A stretch of 64,000 bases of DNA from Camelus ferus (taxonomy: Eukaryota). Location: positions 103,790,001-103,854,000 of the forward strand of contig NC_045696.1 of NCBI RefSeq assembly GCF_009834535.1, written 5' to 3'. The notes beneath the pieces are model-generated. The model saw only the letters and a program-made list of their open reading frames with translations, was not told where the DNA came from and searched no databases. This document shows positions 1 through 12,165 of the stretch, piece after piece. A program made the translations under genes and the position numbers. How positions within the stretch are numbered: position 1 is the stretch's first letter; each line of letters starts with the position of its first letter.

Positions 1-787
1 TGTTTTCGGTTTTGCTGCAGGGGCCTCGCAATTTTCTTTAGCCGTTTTCCCAGGCGAACTGCTGTCGTGTTCACGTCCAGGCTGACTTCTGTAAGTCCTC
101 GGCCACGGAGGACACGGCGTATGAGTGCTCGGCGAGGGTGCGGACAGGCTCCACCTCGTGGCAGACATCAGTCCTCTCCAGGCAAAGGCTCGTGGTTCTC
201 ATGGAGTCGGAGACCTTTTTGAAACTTGCCCTCAAGTCCAGTGGAGAAAACATGTTATTACTATTTTCTGTCTCAATGATGGAAAAGGCATTTGTGATCC
301 TTGGCCCATTTGTGATGGCTGGCTCTTCATGCCTTTTTTCATTTTTTTCTTCTTTAACCACTCCTTTTTCAGTAATGCAGAAGACATAGGGACCTGGGGA
401 ATTTGAGAAGTTGCGATCTGTAAGCTCTTCCAAGAAGGATATTCCCAGCTTTTTTCCTGCAGCTGCAAGGTCAGTGACTGTTTCCTGTCTCTTGACGACG
501 ACTGTGGAGCTGTAGATATAATTAAGGATTTCTGTAAACACTTCAGCTTTGAGATCATCCAGCTCCAGAACGTGGCTGGAAATACAGATTGTATGGCTCC
601 AAAAGATATTTTTGAAATAAAGGCTTGAAGCAGCCAGGACATTGCTGTGGGCTTTAAATTTGGTGTCTTCCACAATGATAGTGACATCACATAAAATGCC
701 CCGAATGCGCTGCTCATTTAAGATGGAGAGCACTGTGTCGCTGTGAAAGTCGTCCTTGAGGTCCCTGGAAAGGGACATGACTGTCAT
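1..787 (-). CDS. ZBTB38: Zinc finger and BTB domain-containing protein 38, 5' part of the large coding exon (continues past the left edge), with an apparent +1 frameshift at 96-98
   Basis: Translation MTVMSLSRDLKDDFHSDTVLSILNEQRIRGILCDVTIIVEDTKFKAHSNVLAASSLYF... is the ZBTB38 N-terminus with its BTB domain. ATG 787-785 directly follows the acceptor ccatttctctcctcttgttccag. After E230 the ZBTB38-like sequence (YRSQPGREHDSSSPGKTAKENCEAPAAKPKT) continues in a shifted frame to position 1; the as-read frame stops at 73-71. Confidence 0.96.
395..721 (-). other. ZBTB38: BTB/POZ domain coding segment (about aa 23-131)
   Basis: LNEQR..GILCDVTIIV...FKAHSNVLAASSLYF...F..ILNYIYS...AAGKKLGI BTB signature. 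Confidence 0.9.
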
Positions 788-810
788 CTGGAACAAGAGG
801 AGAGAAATGG
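788..810 (-). promoter_or_regulatory. Splice acceptor of the ZBTB38 coding exon
   Basis: Minus strand ccatttctctcctcttgttccAG|ATG: strong pyrimidine tract plus CAG. Confidence 0.9.
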
Positions 811-1504
811 TCAGAGCCCCTTCCACAATTAGCTTCTTTACTTCCAGGCTATTTTCAATTTCTTTGAGAAACCTTTTTTTTTTTTTGTATGAAAATATAG
901 GGTTTTGTTTTTTTTAAAAAAAATCTCATCCTGTTGTTGCTTCTAAGACTTGGACAAAGCTAAATCTTTATCTTGCCCCAGCCTGTTTCTCATACCATTG
1001 CTAAGAGTTGTTATAGTTGGAAATCCTCCCAGAATTTTTCTCCTTCTTTCTTCAAAGTTGTAGCTACATATGCATGTCCAAACTTAGGGGGAGAAGGTTT
1101 TCCCACCAGATGTTAAGGGTCTTATCATCGCTCAGGGCTGCTGCATTGAACTCTTAAGAGTGGGACAATACCATGGTCCCACCACAGGCCTCCTATTTCC
1201 AAAGACCACCCTGATGATCTGATCCAAACATAATTCATGAAGCAGAAAAATTATTTTTAAAAAGTTTCCGCTCATTAAGCAGTACCTGTGAGTAAAGGTA
1301 CTGGCTGCTCAGGAAAGCAGTGAAAACTGAAGGAGCCATTCCTAATTTGTGGCTCTGAAGGGTCTCTCAGTGGAAAGGCTCAGTCTGCATGACCGAGTCT
1401 GACCACCAGGGGCACCCTGCCCCTCTGCGCCACCGGCCCTTGTGGGGACCCATCCCGTTCCTTCTGGTCTGATTTCCCTTTCATGATAGCCAAAGTAGAA
1501 CAGG

Positions 1505-1601
1505 TTTTGTTTTGTTTTGTTTTTTTCTAACTGAAGTACCATCGGTTCCAATGTGTCGATTTCTGGTGTACAGCACAATGTCCCAGTCATGCATATACAT
1601 A
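1505..1601 (-). mobile_element. Short LINE-1 3' end
   Basis: T-rich tail then aactgaagta...tttctggtgtacagca...cagtcatgcatatacat; flanking tagaacagg / tagaccagg resembles a TSD. Confidence 0.7.
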
Positions 1602-1971
1602 CTAGACCAGGGATTTCAAAAAGAATTCACGGAGGTACTAAAGGCAAACAAATAGGAAACAAAATACAAAACCAGGAAAGTACGTTTCTGAGTTGCCATA
1701 TAGCGTCTAGTCACAGGTTCCTATATTTGCACAGTTTAAAGGCACGGTGGATCTTGTTCTGGTCTGAGGAGCCCACCTTTGTGGTCCCCAGAGCCCAGTT
1801 GTCATCCCCTCTATGTCCTTGAATGAGCCTGGGATGGCCAGTGCCTACCCAGCAGCGTTCATGGTTACCCACAGTAAGAAATACACAGTACGTAGTGACC
1901 TAAGACAGTGGTGCAACTAAAACTTACCCTTACCATATGTGATGCAGTCTATTCTGTCCTATTATCTTTCA

Positions 1972-2077
1972 TGTAAAAAAAACTGAAGTATAGCTGATTT
2001 ACAGTTCGTGTTAGTTTCTGGTGTGCAGCACATGATTCAGTCATACATATATAAGCATACACATATATATGTGCATA

Positions 2078-2113
<36 letters not shown>

Positions 2114-2432
2114 CACATATTCTTTTGCATTATAGGTTGTTACAAGATACTGAATATAGTTCCCTGTGCTATACAGTAGGACCTGTTGTTTGTTCTGTAT
2201 ATAGTAGTTTGTATCTACTAATCCCAAATTCCTAATTTATCTCTCTTCCCCTGCCCATTTTCCCCTTTGGTAACCATGTTTGTTTTCTATGTTTGTGAGT
2301 CTATCTCTGTTTTGTAAATTAACTTCATTTGTCTCAGTTTTTTTAGATTCCACATATAAGTGATATCACATGTTATTTGTCTTTGTCTGACGTAGTATGC
2401 TAATCTCTAGGTCCATCCATGTTGCTACAAAT
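1972..2432 (-). mobile_element. LINE-1 3' end (artiodactyl/camelid type) with internal (TA)n
   Basis: tgaagtatagctgatttaca...ttccctgtgctatacagtaggacc...ttagattccacatataagtgatatc...ctctaggtccatccatgttgct. Confidence 0.88.
2043..2120. repeat. (TA)n/(CATA)n compound microsatellite
   Basis: Directly visible. Confidence 0.9.
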
Positions 2433-3889
2433 TGTCCTATTAGCTTTCATTTAAAAATGCTAACAGCAACTCACTAATTTTACTACACAATAATAGATCA
2501 TCCCCTAACTTAAAATAAAACCCCAAACCCTCTCTGGTCTAAAAGACATACTACCCCGCTCTTCATCTAGTCTTTCTACCCCTCGTCCAGTGCTGTCGAG
2601 AAATCCGTATAGCTCATTGCCATTTCTTTAACTCCGTGGCAGTGTCTTCAAGCACGGGAGTATAACGTTTAGCTCGTGGCATTCATCACTTGGAACAACC
2701 TGATGGCCACATAAAGAATCTCTTTTTAACTTTTTGTAAAGTGATTATAAGCTGTGTCCAGTATGTTATTTAGTGTCCTTTACACAAGAATCCACTTGAT
2801 AAATTCTTTTTATCTCACTCAGCCATTGGAAAAAGTGCATTCCTACTAACAAATTCTTCATTATTCTGATAACGAGAACAATGTACTTGCCATGCTTCTC
2901 TTTTAATTCTCAAGATGAGGCAGCGTAGAACTTTCATCATCAATTGTTGCAGCCACTGTGAGCCTGGGTTTCTGGTGTGACTACTGTCTCACTTTCTTTA
3001 TTCAGTGATGGCTCCTCCCCTCTTGCTTTCCCTGCCTTTAACTGTTAACCTTCCATGAATCTTTTCTAGAGATGTGGGAAATTAAATCTATCAATAAAAA
3101 TGGAATTAAATGAAAAGGAATCTGTATGGCTTCCTCTGTGCCCCCAAAGGGAGAAAGGGTCCCCCTGAACGGGCTGCAGGACTCCATCCTTCACTGGGTT
3201 ATAGATCATAGCATATTTGGCTGATGCTTCTTTTGCCTTCCTTGAGGTCTCTCTGTCCTGGGTCCCCATAGGATCTACTTTCTCTCCTGACTCATACCTT
3301 CTTATCCTGCTTGGCTTCTCTGAAGCTCATACATTATTTCAGTTCTTTATCTGGCCTGACTGGACAGTCTCAGAACTGGCAAAACACACGCTATAACTCA
3401 AAAAAGTGGTTTCCAACTCGGCTTAGTTCTTTGCTGACATCACCTATTGTGTCTTCTGCTGCCAAACCCCTGCACCTCCCGGAACCTCCTCCTCCACAGC
3501 ACTCTGAACCTTCCACTAGGTTCTGCTCTGTCTGGGGAATACAGTGTTTCATGGCAAGTTAATAAATACCCTAGGGTGTCAGATTATAATCCCTGCTTGC
3601 TTCTGTAGGCTTCTCTGATTCTTAGCTTGTTCAGTTAGGATGGTTAGAAAAAGACCAACTCAACCATATCTTAGTCATATTCACAGTTAGAACAACAAGT
3701 ACAATAGGACATATCTTTATACATGTCATTAAAACACCCTCATAACTTTAGAACATCCAAGTACAACATCTTTCAGGGCAGTATCGACCACTGAATCACA
3801 GAAATCCTTAAAATATCAATTACTCAGCAGCACCTTACTTTGCCTTCTTGGCACACACACAAAAACGTCCTTGTATCAGTTTTATCCAG

Positions 3890-4180
3890 TAGATATGTTA
3901 TTACCTAACACAGTGCCTGGAGCTGGAGATACCGAGGAGAGTAAGGCAAGTCTCTGCCCTCAGGGAGCTCAGCGTCGAGGGGAAGAAAGAGAACTGTCAA
4001 CGAATAGCGGGCATCCACAAGGGCAGGCCTCATACTGAATGCACAGCATGTCAGAAGATGAAACGACAACTTAGTATTTACAGGGGCCCTGGAAGGCTTG
4101 GCATCAGTGAATAAATAACACAGGGGTGTGGGAAGGGCATTCTAAGCAGAAGGAACACCATAGGCAAAACAAACAATGGT
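3890..4180 (-). mobile_element. L2 fragment
   Basis: ctggagatac...aaggcaagtctctgccctcagggagctcag...gggcattctaagcagaaggaac. Confidence 0.55.
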
Positions 4181-4721
4181 AACGGAGGACACCGTACTCA
4201 GGGACTGGTGAGTGGGTCTGTGCAATGGCAGGGGAGGGTGTGTGCACAGCTCCGTCCCAGCGTCCTCAGCAAAGCTGGGCACACGGCAGGCCTCGGCGTC
4301 TCTCTGTTGGATGCGATGGGCAAGGAGCGGAAGTCAGCCCAGATCATACAGCACTCTAGAGGGCTCCCCACAGCAAGTTTTACGTTGCAAGTACCAGTTA
4401 TCATGGAAAGTTAGAGTCAGATTTGAGTTAAAAAAAAGATCCCTCAGGATCACTTAGGTGGCAGGCTGCTCAAAGGATGAGAGAGGGAAGCAAGCTGGTT
4501 GCACATCAGCTAGTTAGGCCATCCTAGTGGTCCAGGTAAAAATTAACCCATCCACCCCAGACAGAGTGAGAGCCTGGGAAGGAGCAGGTGGCCCCATCCC
4601 CACCTAAGAAAGTGGGCGAGTTAGTATCTGAACTCAGAATTTATTTTAATTCCTTTGACCAATTTTTTTTTGTACTGAAATGCCATTTATTTTGTAAAGC
4701 TTCAGTATGCATTCTGAATTC

Positions 4722-5054
4722 TTTTTAAATTTTATTTTATTGAGTTATAGTCTTTCAAACTCCCAGTCTGTCCCTTCCCACCCCTCTCCCCCCAGCAACC
4801 ACAAGTTTGTATTCTATGTCTATGAGCCCGTTTCTGTTTTGTATTTATGTTCATTTGTCTTTTTCTCTTTCTTTCTTTCTTTTCTTTTTAGATTCCACAC
4901 ATGAGCGATCTTATACAGTATTTTTCTTTTTCTTTATGGCTTACTTCACTTAGAATGACACTCTCCAGGGACATCCATGTTGCTGCATTATGTTGTCATT
5001 TTTATGGCTGACTACTATTCCATTGTATAAATATACCACATCTTCTTTATCCAG
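4722..5054 (-). mobile_element. 5'-truncated LINE-1 3' end
   Basis: ttttattttattgag...caaccacaagtttgtattctatgtctatgag...ttagattccacacatgagcgat...tattccattgtataaatataccacatcttctttatccag. Confidence 0.88.
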
Positions 5055-5175
5055 TTGACTGGTTTATTGAACAACTGCTAAGTGCAAGGCATCTGGCTAA
5101 GTGCTGTAGGAAGACAAGCGTTCATTTCTCCTTTGAACAGATGCTTACTGAACACCTACTTTAGGGCTTTGGGAT

Positions 5176-5325
5176 AGTAGTTCCCAAACCTGGCTATGCA
5201 TCAGAATCCCCTGTGAAACTTTAAAACAGTACAGATTTACAGACTCCCCCCTACAGATCCTGCCTCTGCAGAGACTGGTTTGGAACAGCCGAGGTAAGAG
5301 CCTGGAATCCATAATATTTTTATAC
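5176..5325. mobile_element. MER5-like hAT-Charlie fragment
   Basis: gtagttcccaaacctggctatgcatcagaatcccctgtgaaacttt. Confidence 0.7.
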
Positions 5326-8074
5326 TTGATTTAGTGAATAAGGAATACATTCATATGATAAATTCAAAAGGCACAATGAGTAAACCTTGAAAAGTCTCCT
5401 TCCCACTTGGTCTCAGAGGCTCTTCAGGTTTACTTTTATCAACCAGCCAGAGCTAGGCCTGGGGGCTGATACTAAAACCTAGTGCTGTTGGTGTTAGAGA
5501 AACAAAAATTCTGCCCCCAAGGGTTTGTGGAATAGCAGGGAAAATAGGATGTGTTCACGAACTGCTGTAAAACAAAGATGCCTGGTGGATGTGCTTCCTG
5601 GGAGAAGGTTCTGGGAGTTGGGGGGAGAGGCTTGGGAACAGGTGTGAGGGAAGGCAGAGCCCAGCAACACCTTGCAGGGAGATGTGGCACTGACTTTAGC
5701 AATGCAGATACAGACAAGGCTGAGGAAAAGGAAATTCAGTCAGAAAGAGGCACAGTCAAGGGGTTCATGCCCTCAAGAAGCTCATAATCTAGCAGTCAGT
5801 GGAACAGTTTAAAACAAAGACTCCAAATCTGCAAATGCAAATTGAAAAAGCAGTCGAAGCTGCAAATTAAAGTCATATTCTACATGTGCAAAGTGCAACC
5901 AAGGAATAAGTTCCAAGTCTGCAGCCCAGAGGGGACCCACCTGGAGGCCACGGGCACATCTGGTTCCCACAGGTTGGGTTTTTGAAGTCATGTTTTTGAA
6001 AAACTGAGCTGATGTTGAAAAACAGTAAGATTTAATATAAAAATCAATATATCTTTTCTTGAAAAAAAAGAAGACTGGGCAACGATGGGTTATTACCTGC
6101 CTAGCAACCGAGCAGCCGTGTCCCTGCGTCACAGTCACCTACATGCACGTGCTACCTGCCCACGTACCACTAAGCAGCTTCTCTCGGTAACAAGACCAGC
6201 CTGGCCACTTTCGTCAGTTTGGTTTGTGCAACTGATAAGAACATTAAAGCCAAATCACACTGGACCCACAGTTCTGATCAGATAAACTTACTTTAAGGAT
6301 AACCCCCCAATTAAGATGTAAATGAGCTTGTGGGGGGGAGGCAGTCATTCTCACCAAAAATGTATTCTTTGACTTAAAAAAGTAAAGTGATTTTCTCCTC
6401 TGCAATATTTCCTCATAGAGAGTAACTGCATACAGAAGTCTCAGGAATTCCTGCCAGTGGACAGCCCACAACAGACTTCAGAAAAAGACACAAGTTGGGA
6501 AGCAGATGAGATAGAATTTACATGAAATTTTCTAAAATGTGTTCTAAAAAGCGAGTTTCGTGCAATACATTCACTCTTTTCAGTAGTACTGCTATGATGG
6601 AGTAAATAAGCATGGAAAAGGCTAACAAAAATGTTACACATGCAAAAATTTGGGTGAACCAGCATTTTAAAGAATAAACTAATTTGTGATTAGATAACTG
6701 TGGTCACCTGACTTATGTTACCATTTTTCTGAGTCTCTATTTTAGCTGCAATAGTTTTTAACATATATCTTCCAAACACATACATACACATATGTATATA
6801 TCCACAAGCACGTACACATAAATGTATGACTATAAAAGTATATGAACATATGCTATATATATATTTTATAAGCACACAGGGTGGACATATAATTCAGCAT
6901 CTGAAAAACAGGACACGAGAAAGAAAGGGGGTGCAATGAATAACTATGCAGGGAAACAGGTACACATTGGGAATGGACCCTGGGAAGTAAGAATAAATGA
7001 TCATCCTGTATTTATATATATAAATATGTAAACAAAATAAACACCTCTAGATAAATTAAATATAAAATTCTGTATTGTAGCTATAATTATATACGGGTAT
7101 ATTTACATAAAATATACTTTATAAGTATGTAAAATGCTTTTAAGGCTTTTACAAATATATGATAATATATTCATACTTAATATAAATGCCATTGGGAAAT
7201 GCTAGTTAATCAGCATATTTAGAATCTGCTGCTGCTTTTGTCTCCTGCCATATTCCAGCCTTATATGATAAATACACACATGTATCATGCAAAGATAGGC
7301 ACTTAAATGAGATGCTTTTGGTGATTAAAATGACTTTTCTTCACCTACTTTCAGAATTAACTAGTTTTTAAAAAGTAAAATAAATCTGTGCTCATGGGAA
7401 AATACTCAAACAGTCCAGAAGTGCATTAGGGTACAAAGCAGAAGGCCCTCCTCCGTGCCAGCCTCCCTAGCCCCACATCAACACACTCACAACACGCACA
7501 GCACACGCACTCCCTATGTGGGTGCCCTTCCTCGTGCCTCGGGAAGATTTCCACACTCTGCATGAAACTCTGGAAGGAAAACTGTATTTCCTCTTGAGGT
7601 CCTCCTTTATCCTCGCCCCTAGGCTCCTCCGCCTGGCAATTCCCATAATTTACTCATCTCAGGTGCCACCTTATCTGGTCAGCCTCCCTCCTTTGGAGTT
7701 TCTAGTTTGGAATTTCTACTTTCTAGTTTGGGGTTCCTACCTTTTTTGTCACATGCAATATTATGCATTTGTTCACATTTTTATCTTCCCCTCTTTGCTC
7801 CTTGAGCACAGGGGCAACCTGGCTCATCCTGCACCCTCTGCACCCATCGGATATGGTGCAGTGTTAATACCGACAGTGAGCAGGGAGGCACTGGCTCCTC
7901 AGGCCCTGAGCAGCAAGTTGCTTAAATAACATACTGTGCTTAGAAAGATTCCTGATTGAAAACTTTAAAAAATTAGACCTAGATGAAGCCAAATTCTACT
8001 CTAGACAAAGCAAAATTACTAGGAAAATAAAAATCAATTCCTGTTCCTTTTTTTTTTTCTAGTTTCCTTCTAAA

Positions 8075-8685
8075 CAGGCAGTTCTCGAAGTGTGTTTCAT
8101 GGACCTCTGGGTCTCCCAAGCCCCTTTCAGCAGGTTCCTGAAGTTAAAATGATTTTCGTGACAACACTGAGATGTCATTTGCCTTTTTTTACTCTGCTGA
8201 CGTGCATTAATGGTGCAAAAGCAAAGATGGGGAAACTGCTGGCCCCTTAGCAGGCATCAAGCCAGTAACACTTAGATGAAGGAGTAAAAATTATTTTCTA
8301 TTAAATCTTAACCCTTGAATATGTATCTTTTTACTATTGTGTGAGAAAATGGGACGCACACATAAAACACTTCTGGTGGTATTGAGAAGTGATGACTGTC
8401 TTGAAAAAAAGCACTTAGCCTTGGGTGTTTCTTTGAGTTTTAAGTTGAACTAGTCAATTTTTTTCATGGAACACCATTTTTACTCAGAAAAAAATGACTG
8501 ACAGACCCACCATGGTTATTCAGATACAGGTATCTGGACAAACATTTTCTTTGAAAATGAACTAAGCAAGTCTGTCATTTCAAGGGAATAGCCATTTTGT
8601 TGCCAGTAATAAAATCTGACTTTTGAGCGAAAAATAGAATTTTGGAAAACTTGTATCTACCACCATGACACTTCTCAATACATAA
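8075..8685. mobile_element. Charlie1-like DNA transposon fragment
   Basis: caggcagttctcgaagtgtg...tggtgcaaaagcaaagatggggaaactgctgg...ttttttcatggaacaccatttttact...gaattttggaaaacttgtatc. Confidence 0.75.
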
Positions 8686-11326
8686 TGACTGCTGCTCTAA
8701 CCTACAAGAAAATGTTCAAAATCATTTTTTAAAAAACTATTTAAAATTATTTTACTCAATAAAATGAATCCTATATAAGCCTAAATGAACTAAAGACAAA
8801 ATGAATGAAAGTGTGTTAAAATACAAAGCAGAAATATGAGGCGACAGAAGGAGAAACCAAGGGATAGAGAAACACAGACAGACACGCTCACAGGCACAGA
8901 GATGCACACACACACTATAGCCAACTTTTAATTATCTAAGCGTGAAATTATTACTATCTATCTTTTGAATTTGAGCATGGCTGGAAAACCATGTGGACCA
9001 CCAGCCATTCCACACTACACTCAGGTGAAAATTGGCCCTTGATTTGCAGGGTTGCTGCCTATATTCTGTTGGTACAACTTATCATTGCTTAAATCCTTGT
9101 CTTCCAAGTCTCAAAGGTTAGCTTGGTCAGAATATTTTGTTTGCCCTTATGAGTCCAACCATTCATCTACTAAATTAGTCCTCTCCTCCTTATATCCTGG
9201 ATACTGCTTTGGTTAACTCGTTCTGGGAGTGAACTTGAAAACAAGGGAAACAATTTTTGGCAATGATCTGATCAACTAATTCCCAGTATTTCTAGCTTAA
9301 TTAAATATTCCATCCCCCTAGTTAGGGCAAGGCAACTCTACTGAAATATAGAGAAGTCAAAAAACTTAAAATCACAGTTTCCATAAAAATTCTAACTCTT
9401 ACAATGTAAACAAAAAAATCTTGAAAAACCTCTTTAAGTTGTTTAACCAATGTAATTATTATACAGAACTTCATAGGGCTTGTCAATAAAATCTGATGTA
9501 CTTTTATTAGCAAATCTTTAAGACACGACAGATGAAGAGTAGGGTAACCCTGCTCAGTCTGCATTCTTAGTGAGAACTAGAAGTCACCTACTTACGGCCA
9601 CTCTCCAGGGCCAGACTGAATCCTATTTTCCTAGGTCTTCTGATCAGAGGAAAAGGCCAAGAGCCCTCTTGCTGCACCTCGGCCACTCAATTCCCAACGT
9701 ACATAATGACGAACTGAATCAACAGAACAGACTTCTCCTCTCTACTGCAAGTCGTCTTCTATAAAAAGAAACTCAGAAATAAAGCCCAACTAAAAAAAGA
9801 ACACACTGTATTAGGATACTGACCTGGAATCCTGCAAAAGTCAAACTCACTGTCCATTCTGGGCCAGCGCGGGGCCCATACTGAAGTGAAGTAAAATCTA
9901 CTGTGTGGATCTGCTATTCTCTGCAGAAAGTGTTCTGACAAAGGACACTGCTTCAGTGATCCGGCTCCGCCATCCCACACACATCTTTGCGGTGCGTTTT
10001 CTCATAGTCATGTTGGGTGACTACGTCAGACCTCCTCACGTGACAGGGTGTTAGAAACACACGCATCAGATCTCGAAAACAGATTACAAAACAGAAGCCC
10101 TTTATAGAGTTCAGCTACGTCTAGGAAAAGGAAAATCCTCTTGATTTGCCTTCTAAATGCAGCCCGATAGGAGCAGAGAAGAGCTGCATTTATCAGACTT
10201 TAATGCAGTTAAGCTATCAGATTCGAGGAAGGGTAGGATGACAAGGGAAGTTTGTTTTTCATCTAAAATTCAGGTGGCTGGAAAGGCTAACACCAGGAAG
10301 CTGCTAAGGTACATTCAGCAGAGAGGGAGGTTGGCCTGTACCATCTTCCTTGAATATATTATTTTGAAAAGGTAAACATGTGGTCTCCAGACTTGTAGTT
10401 GCGTGCATGTAAGTTGTGAGAACAGCATTATCAGATTCACGATTGATGCAATGTGCCCAGTTAAATATTTCAGGTTGCTTGTTTAGAAAGATGAAAGGGA
10501 AAGGTCCTTGGTTTCTTTTTGCTTGTTTGTTTTCCTTTTTGAAATACAGCAGTGTTTAGGGTAGCTCCTGGGTTTATCTCAGGATCAAGCTTGCCAGGCC
10601 ACCTGTCTGCTTAAGAAAGCTGGCAAATGGGCTTAGAGCATCTATCACTGAAACCCTGAAGGGCTGCGTCCGTTTCTTGCCTCAACCAAATTCCACTAAC
10701 CTTTAGAGACGCTGACGTGGAAGGACATTTAAAATCTGAATGCTGTGGGGACCAGGACAGGTTTCTGTCCCCTGGAACACCGACTTTTAGGGATGAGCTT
10801 ATCACCATGAGTGGATTCAAAAGCCAAATACCACTTTCTTAAAGGGCCAGCTGACTGAAAGGCCCTGTTCCTCTCAGCTAACTTCCTGTCAGGGAGGGTG
10901 AAGGAAGAACGGTTGTACATTCTGATTCTAAACAAGAATGAACCTCCGGCTTATTGCAAGACAGGTTATCCTAAGAAAGGACAGAAACCAACTGCTGTTC
11001 TGTTGTTAAACCATCAGAATTCACCTGCCATCGCGCCCTTGCTCTCCACCCCTGGTCCCCCTGCACCCCAGCTTTCAGGAGACTCCTGCAAGACAACGAA
11101 TCACAGTTTGCATGGATTCTTTCTGGACGAATCAGAAACTCGGTAGAGAAGAGTGAACCAGGTAACGCACAGGAAAAGCACAAAGCACAGTGCTCAGCGC
11201 ACAGTGGGACTTCAATGAATGCGAGTCAGTTGGAGAACGGGCTGTATCCTGCTTGCTTGTATGGAGAGAACTCCTGGCATGGGCCACCCTTCATGCAGTG
11301 CAGTACGGCCTTTTAACATAAAGGAG

Positions 11327-11426
11327 GCAGGGGTGGAGGTGGGTATAGCTCAGTGGTAGAGGAGGTCCTGGGTTCAATCCCCAGTACCTACACTAAAAAA
11401 AAAACCCAAAAAACCAAAAAAACCAC
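11327..11426 (+). mobile_element. Vic-1-type camelid tRNA-derived SINE with internal deletion
   Basis: gggtatagctcagtggtaga (A box), ggttcaatccc (B box), A-rich tail, TSD aaaggag at 11320-11326 and 11427-11433. Confidence 0.85.
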
Positions 11427-11469
11427 AAAGGAGATCGAGTCAGGCCCTGCTGGGAGCCCTTCAGTGGCT

Positions 11470-12165
11470 CTCCTCAGATGTTAGGGTAGAATCCAGACCC
11501 CTGCAAGGCTCTACACTGTCCAGGGGTCCTGGCCACTCTCCCCCGGCCTCACAGCTCCCTCTGCCCCTCTTCCCACTCACACCCATGCCCCCCTTTGCCA
11601 ACTCCAGCTGCCGAGTCTCCCCCAGCCCCAGTCCAGGTCCTGCCCATGGCTGGCTCACTTCCACTTCAGGCCCAGCTCAATGTCACTCAGGGGGACCACC
11701 TCACCGCTCTATTTGCTCCCACCTTTACTTGCCCCTCCCATCACCTGGTTTATTTCCACAGCACGTACCGCAGCCTGCAATTATCATATGTGTTTGCCCG
11801 CCAGAAAGGAAACTCCAGGAGGGAAGGACCTTATCTATCCGGTTCACTGCTGTGGCTCCAGGCCACCGTACATGGCAGGTGCTCAGGAAATATTTAAAAA
11901 CACAGACTCACCCTGATGAAAAAAGCAACCTGCACGCCTGCCCCCTCCTAGCTGCTCTGCTTTCTTCTTTTCCTCAGCACTCATAACAGCCCCACGCATC
12001 ACACAACTTACTCATTATTATTTATTGTCCGTCTGCCTGCTAGAATCTAAGCACCACAAGGGCAGCAGTCTTTGATTTTCTCCACTGATGTATCTTAAGC
12101 ACCTAAAACAATGCCTTCTACATCATTGTAGGCCCTCAAAAAATATTCATATACTAAATGAATGA
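11470..12165 (+). mobile_element. L2 fragments
   Basis: cagtggctc...ggctggctcacttcc...ctagaatctaagcaccacaagggcag...aaatattcatatactaaatgaatg. Confidence 0.55.

Larger units (their letters stand above)
1850..2500. mobile_element. Old hAT-Charlie-like DNA transposon fragment split by the L1 at 1972-2432
   Basis: acccacagtaagaaatac...ctattctgtcc and tttcatttaaaaatgct...ctcactaat pieces resemble the element at 35495-35735. Confidence 0.35.

Noticed and set aside
1..787. Processed pseudogene interpretation of the ZBTB38 ORF
   Set aside because: An acceptor directly precedes the ATG and spliced UTR exons and a CpG island lie upstream, so this is the native locus
788..826. N-terminal 13 residues (MEGALTISLLLFQ) of the 251-aa ORF
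   Set aside because: Starts at a non-ATG codon and is the intronic pyrimidine tract/acceptor; the true start is ATG 787
1403..1416. CTCF-like ccaccaggggcac
   Set aside because: One G short of the core spacing; weak match
11341..11390. tRNA-like sequences here and at about 17400-17460 and 39495-39560
   Set aside because: Poly-A tails, TSDs and broken cloverleaf show SINE heads, not tRNA genes
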